In this document: positions 42,365 through 56,737 of the stretch, one piece after another
Layout of the letters: the number at the start of each line of letters is the position of its first letter
How positions within the stretch are numbered: position 1 is the first letter of the stretch
Source of the DNA: Marsupella aquatica
Taxonomy: Eukaryota; Plantae; Marchantiophyta
Direction: 5' to 3'
Assembly: GCA_973895155.1 (NCBI GenBank)
Contig: OZ316893.1
Location: forward strand, 9,611,839 to 9,675,838
DNA length: 64,000 nt
Made by a program: the position numbers and the translations under genes
Notes under the pieces: model-generated
Databases searched by the model: none
What the model was told of the DNA's origin: nothing
The model's input: the letters and a program-made list of their open reading frames with translations, nothing else

Positions 42365-42716
42365 AAGAAGGTCACTTCTGGTTGATTAATAATGATAACA
42401 ATTCAAGGGAAATATAAGTAGTTATACTAGTACTGTAAGTTTTTGCCCTATCTAGTGCTATGTAATGTTGTACAAGGTCGTTGCCCAAAGGTAATGAAGC
42501 ATTACACATGGATATAATTTAGAGTAATTAATTAACATATATAGCAACTATTTGAAACTAGTGTTTTAACTGTAAGTGCGCTCCTAACTGCTGCTATTCA
42601 CTCATAGGCTTTTGTTTGGTTATTGCTTATTCATAGTGAAATTATTTGGCCCTCATTGAAGAGTTTATTTTTAGTGTAAAACAATCTATCCTCAAGCAAC
42701 GTGTGAAAGGAGAGTG

Positions 42717-42717
<1 letters not shown>

Positions 42718-42759
<42 letters not shown>
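42718..42759. repeat. (AC)n microsatellite, ~21 units
   Basis: Perfect acacac... run. Confidence 0.95.
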
Positions 42760-42762
<3 letters not shown>

Positions 42763-43486
42763 TTAACAAATAAAACATTGTACAAAGTGAAACATTGCTT
42801 ATGCTTAGGTCAAATGTATGCTCACCTAAAACACCATGATTCTATAAGCAAGGCAGTTCCTCAAACAAAGTCCAAATTAAATGAAGACCCACTAGAGGAA
42901 CCTAGCAAATCAACAGTGAAATAAGTAGGCAACAGACCTAGTCTATAAGGGTGGTCCAGGTGTCTATCACAACGTATATGAAATATAATAATGTGCAGTG
43001 AACTAAACTAGTCTGACGTGTTGACTAGTGAGAACAACCAACGACATATGGAGTGTACTCATGCATTAAAATCTTAAACCATCTCAAATATGAGTAGCTT
43101 TTTTATACCTTTACATATGTTAAACAATGCCATCGGTGGACTTAGTTTATTTCTCACTGGTCCAACCTGTCAAAGAGGCATATCTCGGCCCTGCCTATTT
43201 TTGAGCCTAAAAGGCCACTCCTATGCTCCCGTTGTGGGTGGGAGTGGCCCAGGAGTCACCCACCATTCCTATGGATCAACGTAGATCCATTCTAAGTACA
43301 GTGAGGCTCAACAGCAGCAGAGATGTCTTCAAACAGGAAGAGTTGCATTTTTAGTTCTTCACCTATCCGGTACACTGTCGATTGGGGGAGGACTCCAAGC
43401 CGATTGCTTGTGTCACTACAGAGTTGGACAGTGGCAAGTCCATTTACCATTCACCGGTGGGGGTGCCCATATCCAAATACCCTAAA

Positions 43487-43487
<1 letters not shown>

Positions 43488-43519
<32 letters not shown>
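43488..43519. repeat. (TTTC)n microsatellite
   Basis: tctttctttctttc... about 8 units. Confidence 0.9.
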
Positions 43520-46500
43520 ACAAGCCAGCTGCGCAAGTAACTATGGACAATTTTTCCTAAGTATGAAGAAAAACGATGCCACAACTTAGAACAAGCACAC
43601 TTGAAAACTTGGCACCCGAAGCAACCACCAGGTACTGCAGGGACCAAAAGAGAACTAAAAGTTTGTTATATCAATATTCCATATTTTAATCAGATTAAAA
43701 GTGTTTTTAAACAAAAATGGATTCCGTGACCCTTGTTGCTACGAAAAGAGGAACCAGCCATAAAGTCTATTGCCAGCTTTTTAACATCTTTAAAAAAATG
43801 GTGGTTAGAATAAATAAAAGTGGAATATCAATGGTTTCGACAAACATTGCATATAATATACTCCTGGCATATTTATAATACACTGACGAAAATGAAGATG
43901 GGCCAAACCCTGGAATAGGACCCCAAAGGCAGGCATTCCAACAAAGGGGGACAAAACAGAGGAAAACCAGGAAGACCAAAAGAGCTAAGAGGCATAAGAG
44001 TCCCCTAGAGGGCAAAATAAATTCCCACTGTTGCGTTAAGGCCTCATCTGGTCTGCTTATTAAGAGGATCCCCTCCTCACATTTTCATGCTCCCGAGAAG
44101 TAAAGTCAATTTTTGATGATTGTAATTCACTTCCCCTAACTGGCAAAGCATATGAAAAAAGCAGAGCACGTGAGGTTAGAATGCACGGGCATGGCTGTGC
44201 CAATGTGCACCTAAGGCTCTAGAAAGTGTTGCAATTGACATTTGGTGGCTATGAGTGCTCCAAGATGTGACAATGTAAGAAATTTTGATATTCAAGAAAA
44301 TATACTATTCCAATTATAAAACTAGTTTTGAAAATTCCAAAAATTCTAGATGGCAAAAATTCCAAAAAGTAGGCTTCTTAGTTTTGCTATAAGTTGATTA
44401 GTTTGAATCAATGAAAAAAGATATTATGGTTTCCCTATTTTCATTGACTCACTAATTCCTTTGAGACAAAAACCTGTCTTAGACCATTTTATTTCTTACT
44501 TAAACTTCACTTCATCACAGGAGTTTGACTCTTTTGCCTGACAGTGGCACTGGGCCAACTGGGATATAACAACAAGAATTTTAATTTGGTATTGCTAGCT
44601 GCAAATTATATGATATATGATTCAATGTACAAAGAGAAAAATCAGGAAGGTCATTCAGTTTACACTGAAACTTACAAAGAGAAAAAACAGGAAGGGCACT
44701 AAGTTTCCTAGAGAGGCCATGAAAATTAGTTCGTGGACCCCCCCCTGGCTACATTTTTTAGGCCTTGTTTGAGCTTGCGTTTTGAGAGGCTAATATGGTC
44801 CATAATGCTCTGCTAGCACACATTAAAACACTTAAGGTCTATGAGATATTTCACTAATTTTAGAACATTAATTAATAAACCCAAGGCACAATTTTGTTTA
44901 CGTTAGTTGATTTGGGCATTGGATGACACTATATTTGACCACTAAATTGCCCTAGGCACTCAATTTGAGTTGAGAATCTTGACTACTTTCTCCACATCAA
45001 TTGAGAAATCTGCTTTTCTAAGCAAGGAACCCTAAGCTTTCTAGTAGCTGAGTCCTCTTTGTGGAATATTTGTCACCTGATTTGTCTATGTACTTTCAAA
45101 TTATTGGAAATTCTGGAGATTTCACTGAAGTCTAAATTTGGCAAGTTTTGAATTAGAGGTTAATAGCCTCATGACCTTGACGCAACTATTCACCAAATGG
45201 AGAAGGGCAACGCTTAAGCTTTCAAATGAGAGAAGTCTGATTAAGAAGAGAAGCTGGTAGTCATGTTGTGTTGGACAAATAGGTTAGATTTTACAACTTG
45301 TATTGTTTAGATTAAATTAATTTTCTCACTAAATCAATTGTGGACCCATTCAACCATGCCTAAGAAGTTGACATTTTTTCAACTGCCACATGAATACTTT
45401 GCTTTGCAGGCCAAAGTCGACAGCATGGTTATCACAAGTAGTTGTCAAAATCAGGCTTTTTCACTACATGCAACCAAATTCTCAAGCTACAAGAGTCAAT
45501 AGTCAATCCGTGGCAAGTCCATTTGAAACCAGATCAATGTCTGATCAAATGAATTGAATCAATTTGTTGAGTTCAAGTTCCGACCATAGCCGGCAGTTTG
45601 CCTGAATTGCAAAAGGCTGAAAATCTTACTCCATGTGCCAATTACACTTTAACAAGTAAGTTATCAAGTTACTTATTAATCATTGTTTATTATTTGAAAA
45701 ATACTTTTTTAATCTTTTAATTTAACTTTTTAAACTGGATATGTAACTAAAACGGTTACATAGTGACAGTTTTAACGGTCTTGATCTTTGCATTTCTAAA
45801 TTTTTACATTTCTTTTTACGGCATGGCGTCCCAAAATTTACACCCAAATTGACGCAAACACGAATGAAAACTGTAAGTTGATTCATAAACCTGATGAGTC
45901 TTGTTTGTTGCGGTTGTTGTTGACGTGACACGCTCTGGTGCCAGGAATTTTGGAAGGGACCTCTTATGGGGTCCATAAACAAAGAGAAAGAATTGTGTTG
46001 AGAAGCTAGGTTGGGGTCTAGGCTTCTAGAGTGAAATTTCTAGATCATCACTTTGGGCCCCAACAAAATTTATGTGGATGGAAAGAATGATATTAGGAAT
46101 GTTAAATTTATGTGGATGGAAAGAATGAAAGGATTAATTTCTATGAACAATCATCATTTCTATTAACTATCAACATTTCTATGAACAATCAAAGAATGGG
46201 TATTCAATGGGCATTGAGGTTTCAGATGACTAATACTCTCAAAAAGAAATCTGCTCTCACTGAGGCCCACAATGGGCTAGCTACCATGGTCATTAGAGCC
46301 ACTGATTGGCACAACAACACATTGACCAGCAACCATGTAGGCACAAACTAGAATATGCGTGATACATAGGACTTGTAAGATCTGCCCCACCTCCCTTTGG
46401 CAGGCAGAGGTTGGCAGGATAACAGCAACAGTAACTCCCACTCCAATCTAAGAGGAGGTCTCCTTCTACTAGGTGCAGGAACTGGCATACTGGGTGCCTG

Positions 46501-46937
46501 GAACAACTCTGATCATAGGGACATTTCTATCTCTCACTGGAGGCCCACCCAGTGGGTCAGCGATTCTGATTCTGTACACTGGATGTGGGATTGTAGATGG
46601 ATTCATTTTTTGAGATGGCTAACCAGGACCCATTCCCGCTAGAAAGTCTTGACCTAGGGGCCAGGGGCTTGGTTTCTTGCATCCCGGTAGCCTTGGCCGT
46701 GAATGGGCTTTGAGGGTATTATAAGTTTAGGCATTTCCCGGACCCACATTTAGAGAACTCTTTTAGTTTTGTACAAGTCTCGCTTAGATCTCGTTGCCTC
46801 TCTCCTGGGGCACCCTCCCCTGCCTGCGGGCAAACCCGAAGAAAATGGAAATAAGGCCTCTGCGACCAAACAAACCAAAATCCGAACGAAGAGAGTGGCT
46901 GGTGGACGATCACAAGCTTACCACTGCTTCGACCGCC

Positions 46938-48562
46938 ATGGCTCTCTGCGTCGTTCCCACGTCAGTCGCCCTCTCTTCGATCTCCGCTTCCAAATTTCCA
47001 ACCGGGTCTGTCGAGAAACAGCGGAGGCTTTCTAATGGCGCAGGGATCTCTGCATTCGGTGCAGAATTGACGAGTCTCGGATGGACCAGTAGGACATGCT
47101 TTGTTGGGAGCGCGAGCCTGCTGCCAAGCGGGAATGGCAAAGCCAGGCCATGGAAATCGATTCAGGGAAGTAGTAGTGTTTCAGTGCGTGCCATGGCGGA
47201 GAACGAGGTGGCCGAGACTGTGGTGGAGTCGGAAGGATTAGTGCCGAACGAGGCCGTGGAGGCTGTGCACGCGAAAGGATTGCCTAACCAGGTCCTGGAG
47301 GCGAAAGGGCTGGCATATGACGGGCCTGGGAAGGGAGGGCAATGGCTGAGCTCCACTACGCGGCATGTGAGGATTTACATTGGCGTTGCGGACCCGGAGA
47401 CGAAGCTGATGGACCAGACGCAGTTGGACAAGATCACTCTCATCCTTGATCCAGACAATGAGTTCCTTTGGCCCGAGGACAAAGTGCAGAAGGTTTATGA
47501 TTACTTCGCGGAGCTCGTCGACGGATATGCGGTTAGTGGCCTTTTTCTTTCCTTGCCAGTAAATGAATCTAATTCGTCAATTTTGTTCGGTTGATGTTTT
47601 TCCATTGAATTTATTCCCTGCAGCATGAATCATCTCCTTGTCATTTAATCTAGGAGGCGCTTCCAGCTGCTGGAGTTTCCTCATGATTCCTCGTGACCAC
47701 ATAAGGTCTGAATTGGGTTGAGAATGGAGAAAAGCCTTTCAAATTTGGTTCTAATACTGCGAAGCACATGATAGCCTTATGTGATTTACATGCATCCAAT
47801 TGGGCCACTAGACCAGAAATGAATTTTTGTGGCTAATTCAAACAGTCATGAACTATACAGCTCTCATGGGAAAGTTCGAGTGTGGTCTGAGCACTGTTTT
47901 TCTTTACGAACAGGGAGAAGTCGCGATATCTTCTTGATCGTAACAACTGACAACTTACCATAATTGACTGGATTTAGGCGTTTCAATTCATTACATACCA
48001 ACAGATTATTTACTTTTAGAGAATACGCTGCTCATTGTGTCTCGAACTTAATATATATTTTGACTGTAATCACGTACACAAAATCTCAGTCGAAAACTCA
48101 AACCTCCCGGAGTTTTCGCGATGTTGTAAGAAACCAGAAGAGTTTGATTTTATTGCCTCATTGGTAAAAACCCCATTGTTTTCCAAATGTTCAGAGGGTG
48201 CCGAGTTGGTCTTTGAATCATCTTAACTGATTAGCAATTTTTTCAAACTTTTTCGTTCAACTTAGGTTCGGTTAATACGGCAGTTCGTAATTTGTCGTGA
48301 ACATTCTCTGTGCTTCGCTCTTATACACCTTTCTGCTGCACTTTCAAAATGATGTTTTGAACTGTTGTCGCCTCTGTTTGGAACTGTTCAGGGTGCCCCA
48401 TGCACTGAGTACACACTACGATTGATCGGCTCTGACATAGAGCATTATATCCGACGGCTGCTTCTGGGGAATGAGATCAAGTACAATCTAGACTGTAGAG
48501 TTCTCAACTTCAGCATGGGGAAACCCCGATATGAATCTGGGATTATAGAGCAAGCAGGTTAA
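46938..48562 (+). CDS. NDHM: Chloroplast NAD(P)H dehydrogenase-like complex subunit M (~254 aa)
   Basis: Exons 46938-47531 and 48392-48562. Ser/Ala-rich transit peptide, then GQWLSSTTRHVRIY, LDKITLILDPDNEFLWP, GAP.TEYTLRLIGSDIEHYIR.LL...EIKYNLDCRVLNFSMGKPR. Confidence 0.96.
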
Positions 48563-49748
48563 TGAGTAGGAACTATGGACAAGAAAGATCATACTCGTCT
48601 AGGGAGATGATCGTGGAAAGTTTAGGCGAATTGGGATTCCTGCAAGGACCTCATTGTCGCCTGTGGTACCTTTAACTTCTTGCCTTGTAAATTATTTCAG
48701 GAACATCATGCCCAACAATCACTTCTTTGACCCATTGTTGGGAAGAATGAGTTTTGTAGAAAATACAACAGGGAGCCCGGTTCTCTGCACCTGATCCATT
48801 ATTAAGTTCAACTTGAAAGAACTTGACAAAACCGATTTGTATACTATGGGCTGCACTTCCACAGCCCAATGATAACATTCCGTTCTTTACTAGCCAAGAC
48901 ATCATTCGTATGCCTAAAAGTTTGTCGCAGTCATTGATCGTTTGTCTATCTGAATAAAATTTAGTGACCTTGTACCAGTTGTTCTTGAAATGGTTAGTTA
49001 CTGACATTGATAAGGAAATTATCTAGTCAGATCATGGCCCTGATTAGGTCGGTTGGTTTGGTATGTAGGTACTTCTGCTGCATCAGTAGCAATTCTTTAG
49101 TTGCTTTTAATAATAAATACTCTGCCTAGTCATGGGTGGGGTAATACAGAGAGATGTCCGCCATAAATTCACTGTGAATGATACTAATCATCTGTATAGT
49201 AATCCTCGTTCTATCCAGCTAGTGGGTCTCCGAAATTTGATTTCACTTCAGAGAAAACGAAGCAGAGGTACTATCTATTGGCATTAAAGAAGAGACTGTG
49301 CTGTCCCTAGAATAGTAATCAAGCCGTTCACTATTCTTGTAACAATTATGTGGATGTAGTCTGCGGAGGCGTGACAGCATTATTCTGTGGTGAGCGGCGA
49401 GATGAGAAACTTGGTATGTCTCAGCAGAATTTTTGCTGCAGAAGAAGTAGGGCTGCCTTACGGTGCAACTGTGATTGTATAATCACTCATGACCTATTCT
49501 GTAGAATGAGGCCAAGCATGGCCTACTCTATAAAGTGAAGCATTGGTCCTAATTTCTCTGATAATAGAAAATTTGATATTTAGACTACCTTTGAGTATGT
49601 GATATGAGGTGTTTCATACAAGAACAAAGTCTATATCTTGGTTGTGACACCCTCTTTTTTTTATTCATATTCCAATCAGCCTGATTTTTAAGGGTTCGTT
49701 TTTGGGTTTTCTTTTACTTCAGGGCGGCAAATATCACCTTGTGCCGAG

Positions 49749-49945
49749 AAGATGCTAAGACTATTCTTTATCTAATTTCCTAGATAACATGTCACAATTT
49801 ATGAAAAAAGATGCTAAGAATATTTTTTATCTAGTTTTACTAGATAAATTTATTAGATGCTAAAAACATTCTTTATCTAATTTTACTAGATAAATTTATT
49901 AGGGCCTGATCTCCTAGTCAGATCTCCTAGTCAGATCTCCCTAGA
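49749..49945. repeat. Short tandem array
   Basis: agatgctaa.a..att.tttatcta.ttt.ctagataa x3, followed by gatctcctagtca x2 plus a partial third. Confidence 0.8.
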
Positions 49946-51714
49946 TTTAGATCCCTACTGTAGATAAGTGTCAAATTCTGACTAATGGGTCTAATCTGGC
50001 TAATGCATCTCTCTACTATAGGATCTGGCCGATGGGGTGGTCAGGTAAAAAGCTGATTTTGGCTAATGGGGTCTGTGGTTAGGTAAGAAACTGCTGATGT
50101 TGGCATTGAGGTCTTGTGCTCGGTCCTCTGATTCGAGGGAACAGTAGTTACAGTATGTCAGGAGGACTCTAATTATGTCCTTACAAGATAGAACAAGTTT
50201 CTAAAAGAAATTCTCATGGGTTTTGGAGAAGCTCATTGGGTGAGCAATGGTGACCCTTCGTATCCTGTTTGGTAGCAAACTAAAATTTATGATTTGCGCA
50301 AAATCGAATATGCAGTCCTTCTGACGGAAACAGTCGTACCCACTTTCGTTGTAGATTGTTAAGAACAACTCAAGATTTGAGTGTGCTTCCATCCCTATTT
50401 TCACTCCTCGTGACACAAACAACTGGCGCTAACTCGAGCCATTATACGAGGTTTATCAGCGCACCGACCTCTTTCTAAGTGACAAGTTTCGCCCCGTGCT
50501 ACTCAGCAGTGATTCCTGCTTTCTGTTGAACGAAATTCGGTCGGCAGTAACTAGCATCAGTTAGGAACGCAGGCCAGATTGGGACTCGCTCCACCGCTGC
50601 TAGGAGGAAGTAAACCCACTCCTGCTTGCTTCTTGTTACCAGTGATCTTCTTGCTACTCGCTTCCCTGCCGCACTCTTCTAATCAAATAACAATGCTACA
50701 TCCTCAAGCAGCAGAGTATCCCAACCTGATTTCCTAAGTAATATTGTTCAATTACCCTGGTGCAAATGAGAGCCATACCGTCAACCACAACTGTAATCTC
50801 CCATCCTGATTGACAAGTGTGCTTCAAATGATTTCTAACATACAACAATAAAAATGGCGAAGCTAGACTTCGGGCCCGGCATTTTCATCTCGTGAGAAAT
50901 CCACCCAAATGTTCAACTGGCAGCTGCATGGCCGACAAGAGTTTAGAAGGCCCAGGCCAACTGTCTCCATGGCATGAAGGTACGTGCTCCAACTTACTAC
51001 CAACCAGAAAGAAAGGCCAGAGAATGCGCTGGGTCTAGTACAAACACTAGGCTCCCATCTACAGCGCTTGTTAAAACGGGGCTGCATTGCTCTTCGCTGG
51101 CCCTCGTTCCCTGTTACTAGTGAACAAAGTTAGGAAATTCGCAGTGCATGTTTTTACCCAAATGTGAGAAGCGGGCCATCATCTCAGACGGAAAAGCGCG
51201 TCCATTACAATATGCCCCGTCGTATAAAAGGATATCGCTAGCATTTCACCCGTTTATGATCGCTACGAGCGCAACAAGACAACAACACAACAGAACGTGG
51301 TATGTGCATCCATTACTTTGAAGGTACCATGTGTTGACCATCACAGTGAAGAAGGCGTCGATCATGCATGAGAGCGAAATTTAGTGCACAAGACTTGCAT
51401 ACATGCGGAAGGAACTTTTGTCCTTTATTTTTGTGGTGATGATTTAGTTATCGGAATTACAATGAAGGGGCTATTTGGCTAGAAAATTACAGCTGCTCCA
51501 ATTTTGGCTACCCTCTCAGATTTAAAGAAAGAGCCAACAGCAAAGAGGCCCTCTTCCTCTCACTGCATTGCATGTAAAACGAAAGCAGTCATCGAAAAAT
51601 TACTAGTAAGCTTGTTGCTTACTGCTTGAGGAGAATCCTGAGAGAGGGAAGAACCTATACATACAGTACTCCTCTACCACAGTTACCCTCTCCTCATCCC
51701 GTTGCTTCTACTGC

Positions 51715-53147
51715 TCACTTCTTAGAGACGTAGGCATAGTATTGGGCCATGGGAACCACAAATGCAATGACCAGAAGGCCTCCAACCACAGTAGTGAACT
51801 GCCCTCTCTTCTCCTCAGTCTCCTCCTTGGTCTTGAAATTAGACTCCCTCTTCACCTCCTGGAATTTGGGGCCGGGCACATCCGGCTGACCCCGGATGGC
51901 GTTGATCAACCGCTTCGCAGTGGAGCTGAACGCCTCGTTGTACTTCTCATCCGTGGCCAGGACGGGTAGATTCTCAGTAGAAACCCCATCCAACACCGAC
52001 TCCCCCACAGCCTTGATGAAAGCTGGGCCACCAGTGACAGCCCCCTCCTTTTGGGTCGTCACCAGGAGCACAATCCCCTTCTTGTTGCCCTCCTCAATGG
52101 TGGGATACCATTTCTCCAGCACCTGATTTGAAAAAAACCAGGAATTGCCAAAAATAAGCCACCATAATCTTCATTTTCCTATTCCATTCACTTTTCGGTA
52201 ATGTGGTAGAACCGTTGCACATCGCTTAGCACAACGTGAACACAGCATTCATATTATCTGTAACATTGAAGTATGAATATCACCACATCACTGAATAACA
52301 TTGGCAACAGTAAACACACTTTTTAAATTTCTCTGTATCATTGAAATGCGAATGTCAACACATCACTACATGGTCTTGGCAGAACATGAAAACAAGCACT
52401 ATATACTGTTCATTTGACACAAGCAATTGCCATTCCATCATCTACACCACAGCACATTGCACATCCTCAAAGCAGCTGTCGCTAGATTCCTAATAAGTGG
52501 ATTCGGCGTGCATAGATCCTCAATAAGAGATGAGAAGGCTCTTCATATCACTCTTTTGAATAACCAACCTGCAGAAAAAGAGAAAAAGGCAAAGAAACCA
52601 GCTAACTAGCCAACTAATGAATCGGCACCTGGTCGGCGAATTCGAAGGCGTCGGCCTTGGTGGTGAGTTTTCGGAGCGTGATCAAGTCAATGCGGTACCC
52701 CTCGGTGGCCTCCAATTCGCTCAGAATGCTCTTCAGCTCGCTCTTGGTCACGCGGTTGAGCACGCTGGCATCGTCGACCACATACCCTTCCTTGCTGGGC
52801 CCGAACGTGAGGATCGTTGTCTCGTTGGCGATGGCGGGAGACGCCGGAACGACAGGAGACAATTCCAGCAACGCCGAGAGCCCGAATGCGGCCAGCCCCG
52901 TTGCCGCCACACGCGCTGCCCGCCCCAAATCGCTCGCCAAGCCCGCGCGGCAAACGCCACTCTTCGATGTCACGCTCTCGTTCTTGAAGGCCGTGAGCGG
53001 GCGGAAACGCAACGATTCGCCACCATGGTTCTTGTGAGCGCCCGACGACAGCTTCCTGCCGCTGGTGCTGCTGCTGGTGCTGCTGATTCGCGTGGACGAA
53101 GCGAGAGATTGCGAGGAGAGCCTCTCGGCCCAGCAGCAGCTCGCCAT
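51715..53147 (-). CDS. TLP18.3: Thylakoid lumen 18.3-kDa protein / Psb32 (TPM domain, UPF0603), ~308 aa
   Basis: Exons 53147-52629 and 52122-51715. Bipartite transit peptide ending A-I-A; YVVDDASVLNRVTKS, KADAFEFADQVLEKWYP, KGIVLLVTTQKEGAVTGGP, ENLPVLATDEKYNEA, RESNFKTKEET; C-terminal TM GLLVIAFVVPMAQYYAYV. Confidence 0.96.
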
Positions 53148-53484
53148 GGCCGAGTGATTCGCTTGCTCCTCAGCTCAAAGCTCGAGCTCCCGCGAGCGAC
53201 ACAGCCAATGCGTCGAACGGAATTGCGATGCAGAGCAGCAGTGTCTGTCGATCAGAAAAGCAGATCGACAGAGGACAGTTTCGAAGGAGTCGGGTTAGTC
53301 CGAGAGAGCGCGGGGGAAGGGCCGAGGGCCGAGGGCTGAGGGCTGAAGCGGATAAGGTGCCAGGCCCGGACTGCCCAAGGGTCTCGTGTCAAGTTTTGGA
53401 TCCCCGCGAAGCGAATCTGCGAATGCGATGAGAGGTACAGATTTTTTGCATCGTTTATTAAACAAAAACAAACACAAGTATGGA

Positions 53485-53924
53485 AAGTGAACCCAGGATG
53501 GACCATCATGTTCCACATAGTGGTCCGTGTGGTCCGTGTGAGTTTTAGGACTTATAACTTGATGTTTGTAAGTGTTAAAATAAATTTTTTAGTTTTTACC
53601 TGCAAGGCAACTAGAGAAGGAGGAGGCAACTAGAGAAGGAGGAGACTGAAAAGCATACAAGCCCTCATATTTCATATTAACACAATAAAAATTAATCTAA
53701 TAGATTTTACTTCCACATTCCATGATCAATAACTCAACCTAAATGGTCAGAAATTCACTGTCACTTTGATGGAAGAGTAGCTTACCTCCTCTAACACATC
53801 TTCAAATGAAAAAAATAATCATTTATGAGGTAAAGTTATTACAATTAAACTCAGATTTTGGGAAATGTGGTCCATGGGGGTCTCAAATGACCAACATTGT
53901 GGTCCATGGTAGCATAGTTTCCAG
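53485..53924. mobile_element. Unclassified non-autonomous element, copy 2 (440 bp) with 9-bp flanking direct repeat
   Basis: Homologous to 22882-23323. AAGTATGGA lies at 53476-53484 and 53925-53933. Internal 19-bp duplication aggcaactagagaaggagg. Confidence 0.7.
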
Positions 53925-56414
53925 AAGTATGGATGGCGAGACTAATGCTGGGATAGACCACTACCATGAACCTGGCAACCAGAATGGAGCAGGTTACTGC
54001 TTCCCAGAAAGTATGGATTTTAGGAAGAAAAAGTGCTACCTGAATACAACAAAAGGTTTTCTTTAGTCCTTCCGGGTTGCAATGGTTTATCTGGGCATTT
54101 TGTCAGACATTTGGGGCCTCCAGTTTCCTGGATGGACCTAATTGTTTGACCAAATGCCTGGATGGGCTGCATATTTTTAGGGGGAATTCTCAAATGGTAG
54201 TCCGGGTAAAGCTAAATGAAAAGTGAACCCTTGTTTGTTATTGTGATGCAAAACAAGTATCCTTTTCATTTAGACATTTTGCCTGGCCTTGTTGTCTACC
54301 CTGTCACTTGGTCATTTTCCTGTCACACTTTCTTTCTCCTGCACATGCACAAACAAAAAAACACTGCTATCTATCTAATGTAGAATCCTCACCTTGCTCT
54401 GGAACAAATTACCCAGCTTAAGGTTTGTGAAATTAAAGAAATGCCCCTCCTAATTCTCTAGAATGCAAGTGTTTCTTATGCTGCCAGCATTGTGGGCTGC
54501 CATTGACATTAGCAATAAGCAAACCTCCTTTGCTGTAGAATGTGCACTGTCATGGATAGTACAATACAAGATAGGCTATGATCTATTGCAAGTCATCTCA
54601 TAACTGCGAAGATATGAGAAACAAGGGACGCCTTCTCCTACCCCGTACAGGGCAACAGTACTGTTTGTAATTTCCTCATTTTTGTGAATTTCATAAATCT
54701 CCCAGTGTCAGCATGGTATTCCATGGAAAAAGGTGTCTTACACATCTGATCTGCACCATTTAATCTTCCAAGATTTAAGGATTATTGCTGGATCTTGCAA
54801 CAAGGGTCTCCAAGGAGCAGAAGGTGGTGAATATGATACAAAAAATGAGGTATAATTGTTTTCCTCCCAGTTTTCCTTTGCATAGGTAGCTAACCCAAGT
54901 CTTGGGGATGAGAATTTGGCAAAAATTTGTTGATAAAGAAATCATTGATTCAAACATTAAAACTCACTAGGATAGCATACTTTATGGTAACAGTGCACAA
55001 TTTATTACCTGTAAACCAAATATGACATTACATGGAAATTAGTTTGAGGACCCTTTGGTTATGTACGTTTATTTTATTGAACTATTTGGAGCCATGAAGA
55101 GTTTCACATTGGAATAGATAGATGAGAAGACAAAGATTAAATGGAAGGATTCTAATAAAATGCATAGAGAGATATGCTTAGTAGACCCCCTTCTGGAAAA
55201 ATTTTGCTTAAAACCCCCTCGATACTTTTCTCCAATCTGGACCGTTGATGGACCTTTTGATCTCAGATCTGGACTATTGATAAACCTCAGGGGGTCGATC
55301 AAGTAACAACTTTCATTTTGGGGGTTGATCAAGCAAATACCTCAAATACATCTTAAAGGTAGTTAGAACAATTTCATTGATGACAAGTAGAGTAAGTTAG
55401 TGGTAATACTGAGGGTAATTCTCCATGTAAAATGTTTCACTTAGTACCTCTATGTATATAGAATAGATGTAACATTAATTCCAAGCATTTATTTCATGCA
55501 AAATATTACTTTGTTCATTGTAATTGAAAGGCCTTAGATTCCTCTGGTATTCCTTTACCCATAGTAGTTATGGTGTTTGTTACTTTTTCTTGTTACTCTT
55601 CTATGAATATTAGCAAAAAGGTTTCTTAAGCTACTTTGGTAAATGTTAGAGTAGTTGAAGAGTTTCTTTCTAATTGTCCATATATCAAAAATGTGTAAAT
55701 TAAATAGAAAACTGAAACAGATTACCAGAAGACACTGATATATCAATCACAACTCATTCAAAGATTATTTTCTTTCACCCCTATTTAACCTTTTCTTTGT
55801 TTACTTGAAAATGTTATTTTCAGTTTTCCATTGTTTATATAGTTTCAGGGTGTAACTGTTTTTCTTTGCCTTGCCTCAAACACCAATATTCAAATTTGGT
55901 TCTTCTTACATAACTTAAGGTTTTTGTTTGTAACAAATCATGCTGATGTGGCTGCACATGCATCTAGGAATTTTGTAAGGAACTTCCCACAGGTCCCTAA
56001 TAAATAATTTGCTTCTTGACAAGATCCTCTTTCGTGTCCTTGCAAGATGTCCTCTACAGGCCACATTGGTCAGTAGAATTCTTACATGGAGCAGATCTAA
56101 CTAGTGTGTCCATTTGGTGCCTAATATTATCAAACACATTGAGCATGGGCATGTTCTGAGCAAGGCAAAGTGGAAACTGGACCCTCATCTTTTAATTAGT
56201 TTTCCTCAATAAGTACCCCTACCCCAGACCTTGAGCGGCCCTGTGTGTGTGAGATGTTGAACCCCAAGTCGTTGACCGAGTGATTCAGTGCGTGAGGTGA
56301 CGGTTTGTTCAGACCTATTCCTTGGCACTTCTGAACATTACCTTATCACCTTGGCAACCAGTGTGCCTCACATTTACAACTTTGGAGGGGGAGGGGGAAC
56401 TCGACACATTTGGA

Positions 56415-56737
56415 TGTAGAGGTTAACTCAGTCTTGGGTTGAACTATGGTTAGTATGTTAACTAGGGTTAGAGTAAACCCTAGTTGAAGAGTTGGTCCTT
56501 ATCTCTTCAACTTCTATGTGATGTGAGAACACACAAGAGAGTTCTCAAGAGAGAACACACTGATATAGTAAAAGATGAAAGCTTGAAGAGATGAGAGCTA
56601 TGATGATGCTTGAGTAAACACATAACCATTAATAAAGTTTGGTCTTCCCGTGGACGTAGTCAACCTTGAGACGAATCACGTAACTATTGAGCACGTGTAT
56701 GTTTGGAGTGTTTTTCTTGATCTGATTTCTCCCCACA
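56415..56737 (+). mobile_element. Solo LTR (323 bp), probably copia-type, unrelated to the 4512-9796 element
   Basis: TGTAGAGG...CCCCACA ends; 5-bp TSD TTGGA at 56410-56414 and 56738-56742; AATAAA at 56631; cccgtggacgtag...cgaatcacgtaa motif typical of plant LTR R/U5 regions. Confidence 0.85.

Noticed and set aside
52617-53339. 240-aa plus-strand ORF and other overlapping ORFs
   Set aside because: Antisense shadows of the GC-rich TLP18.3 exon 1.
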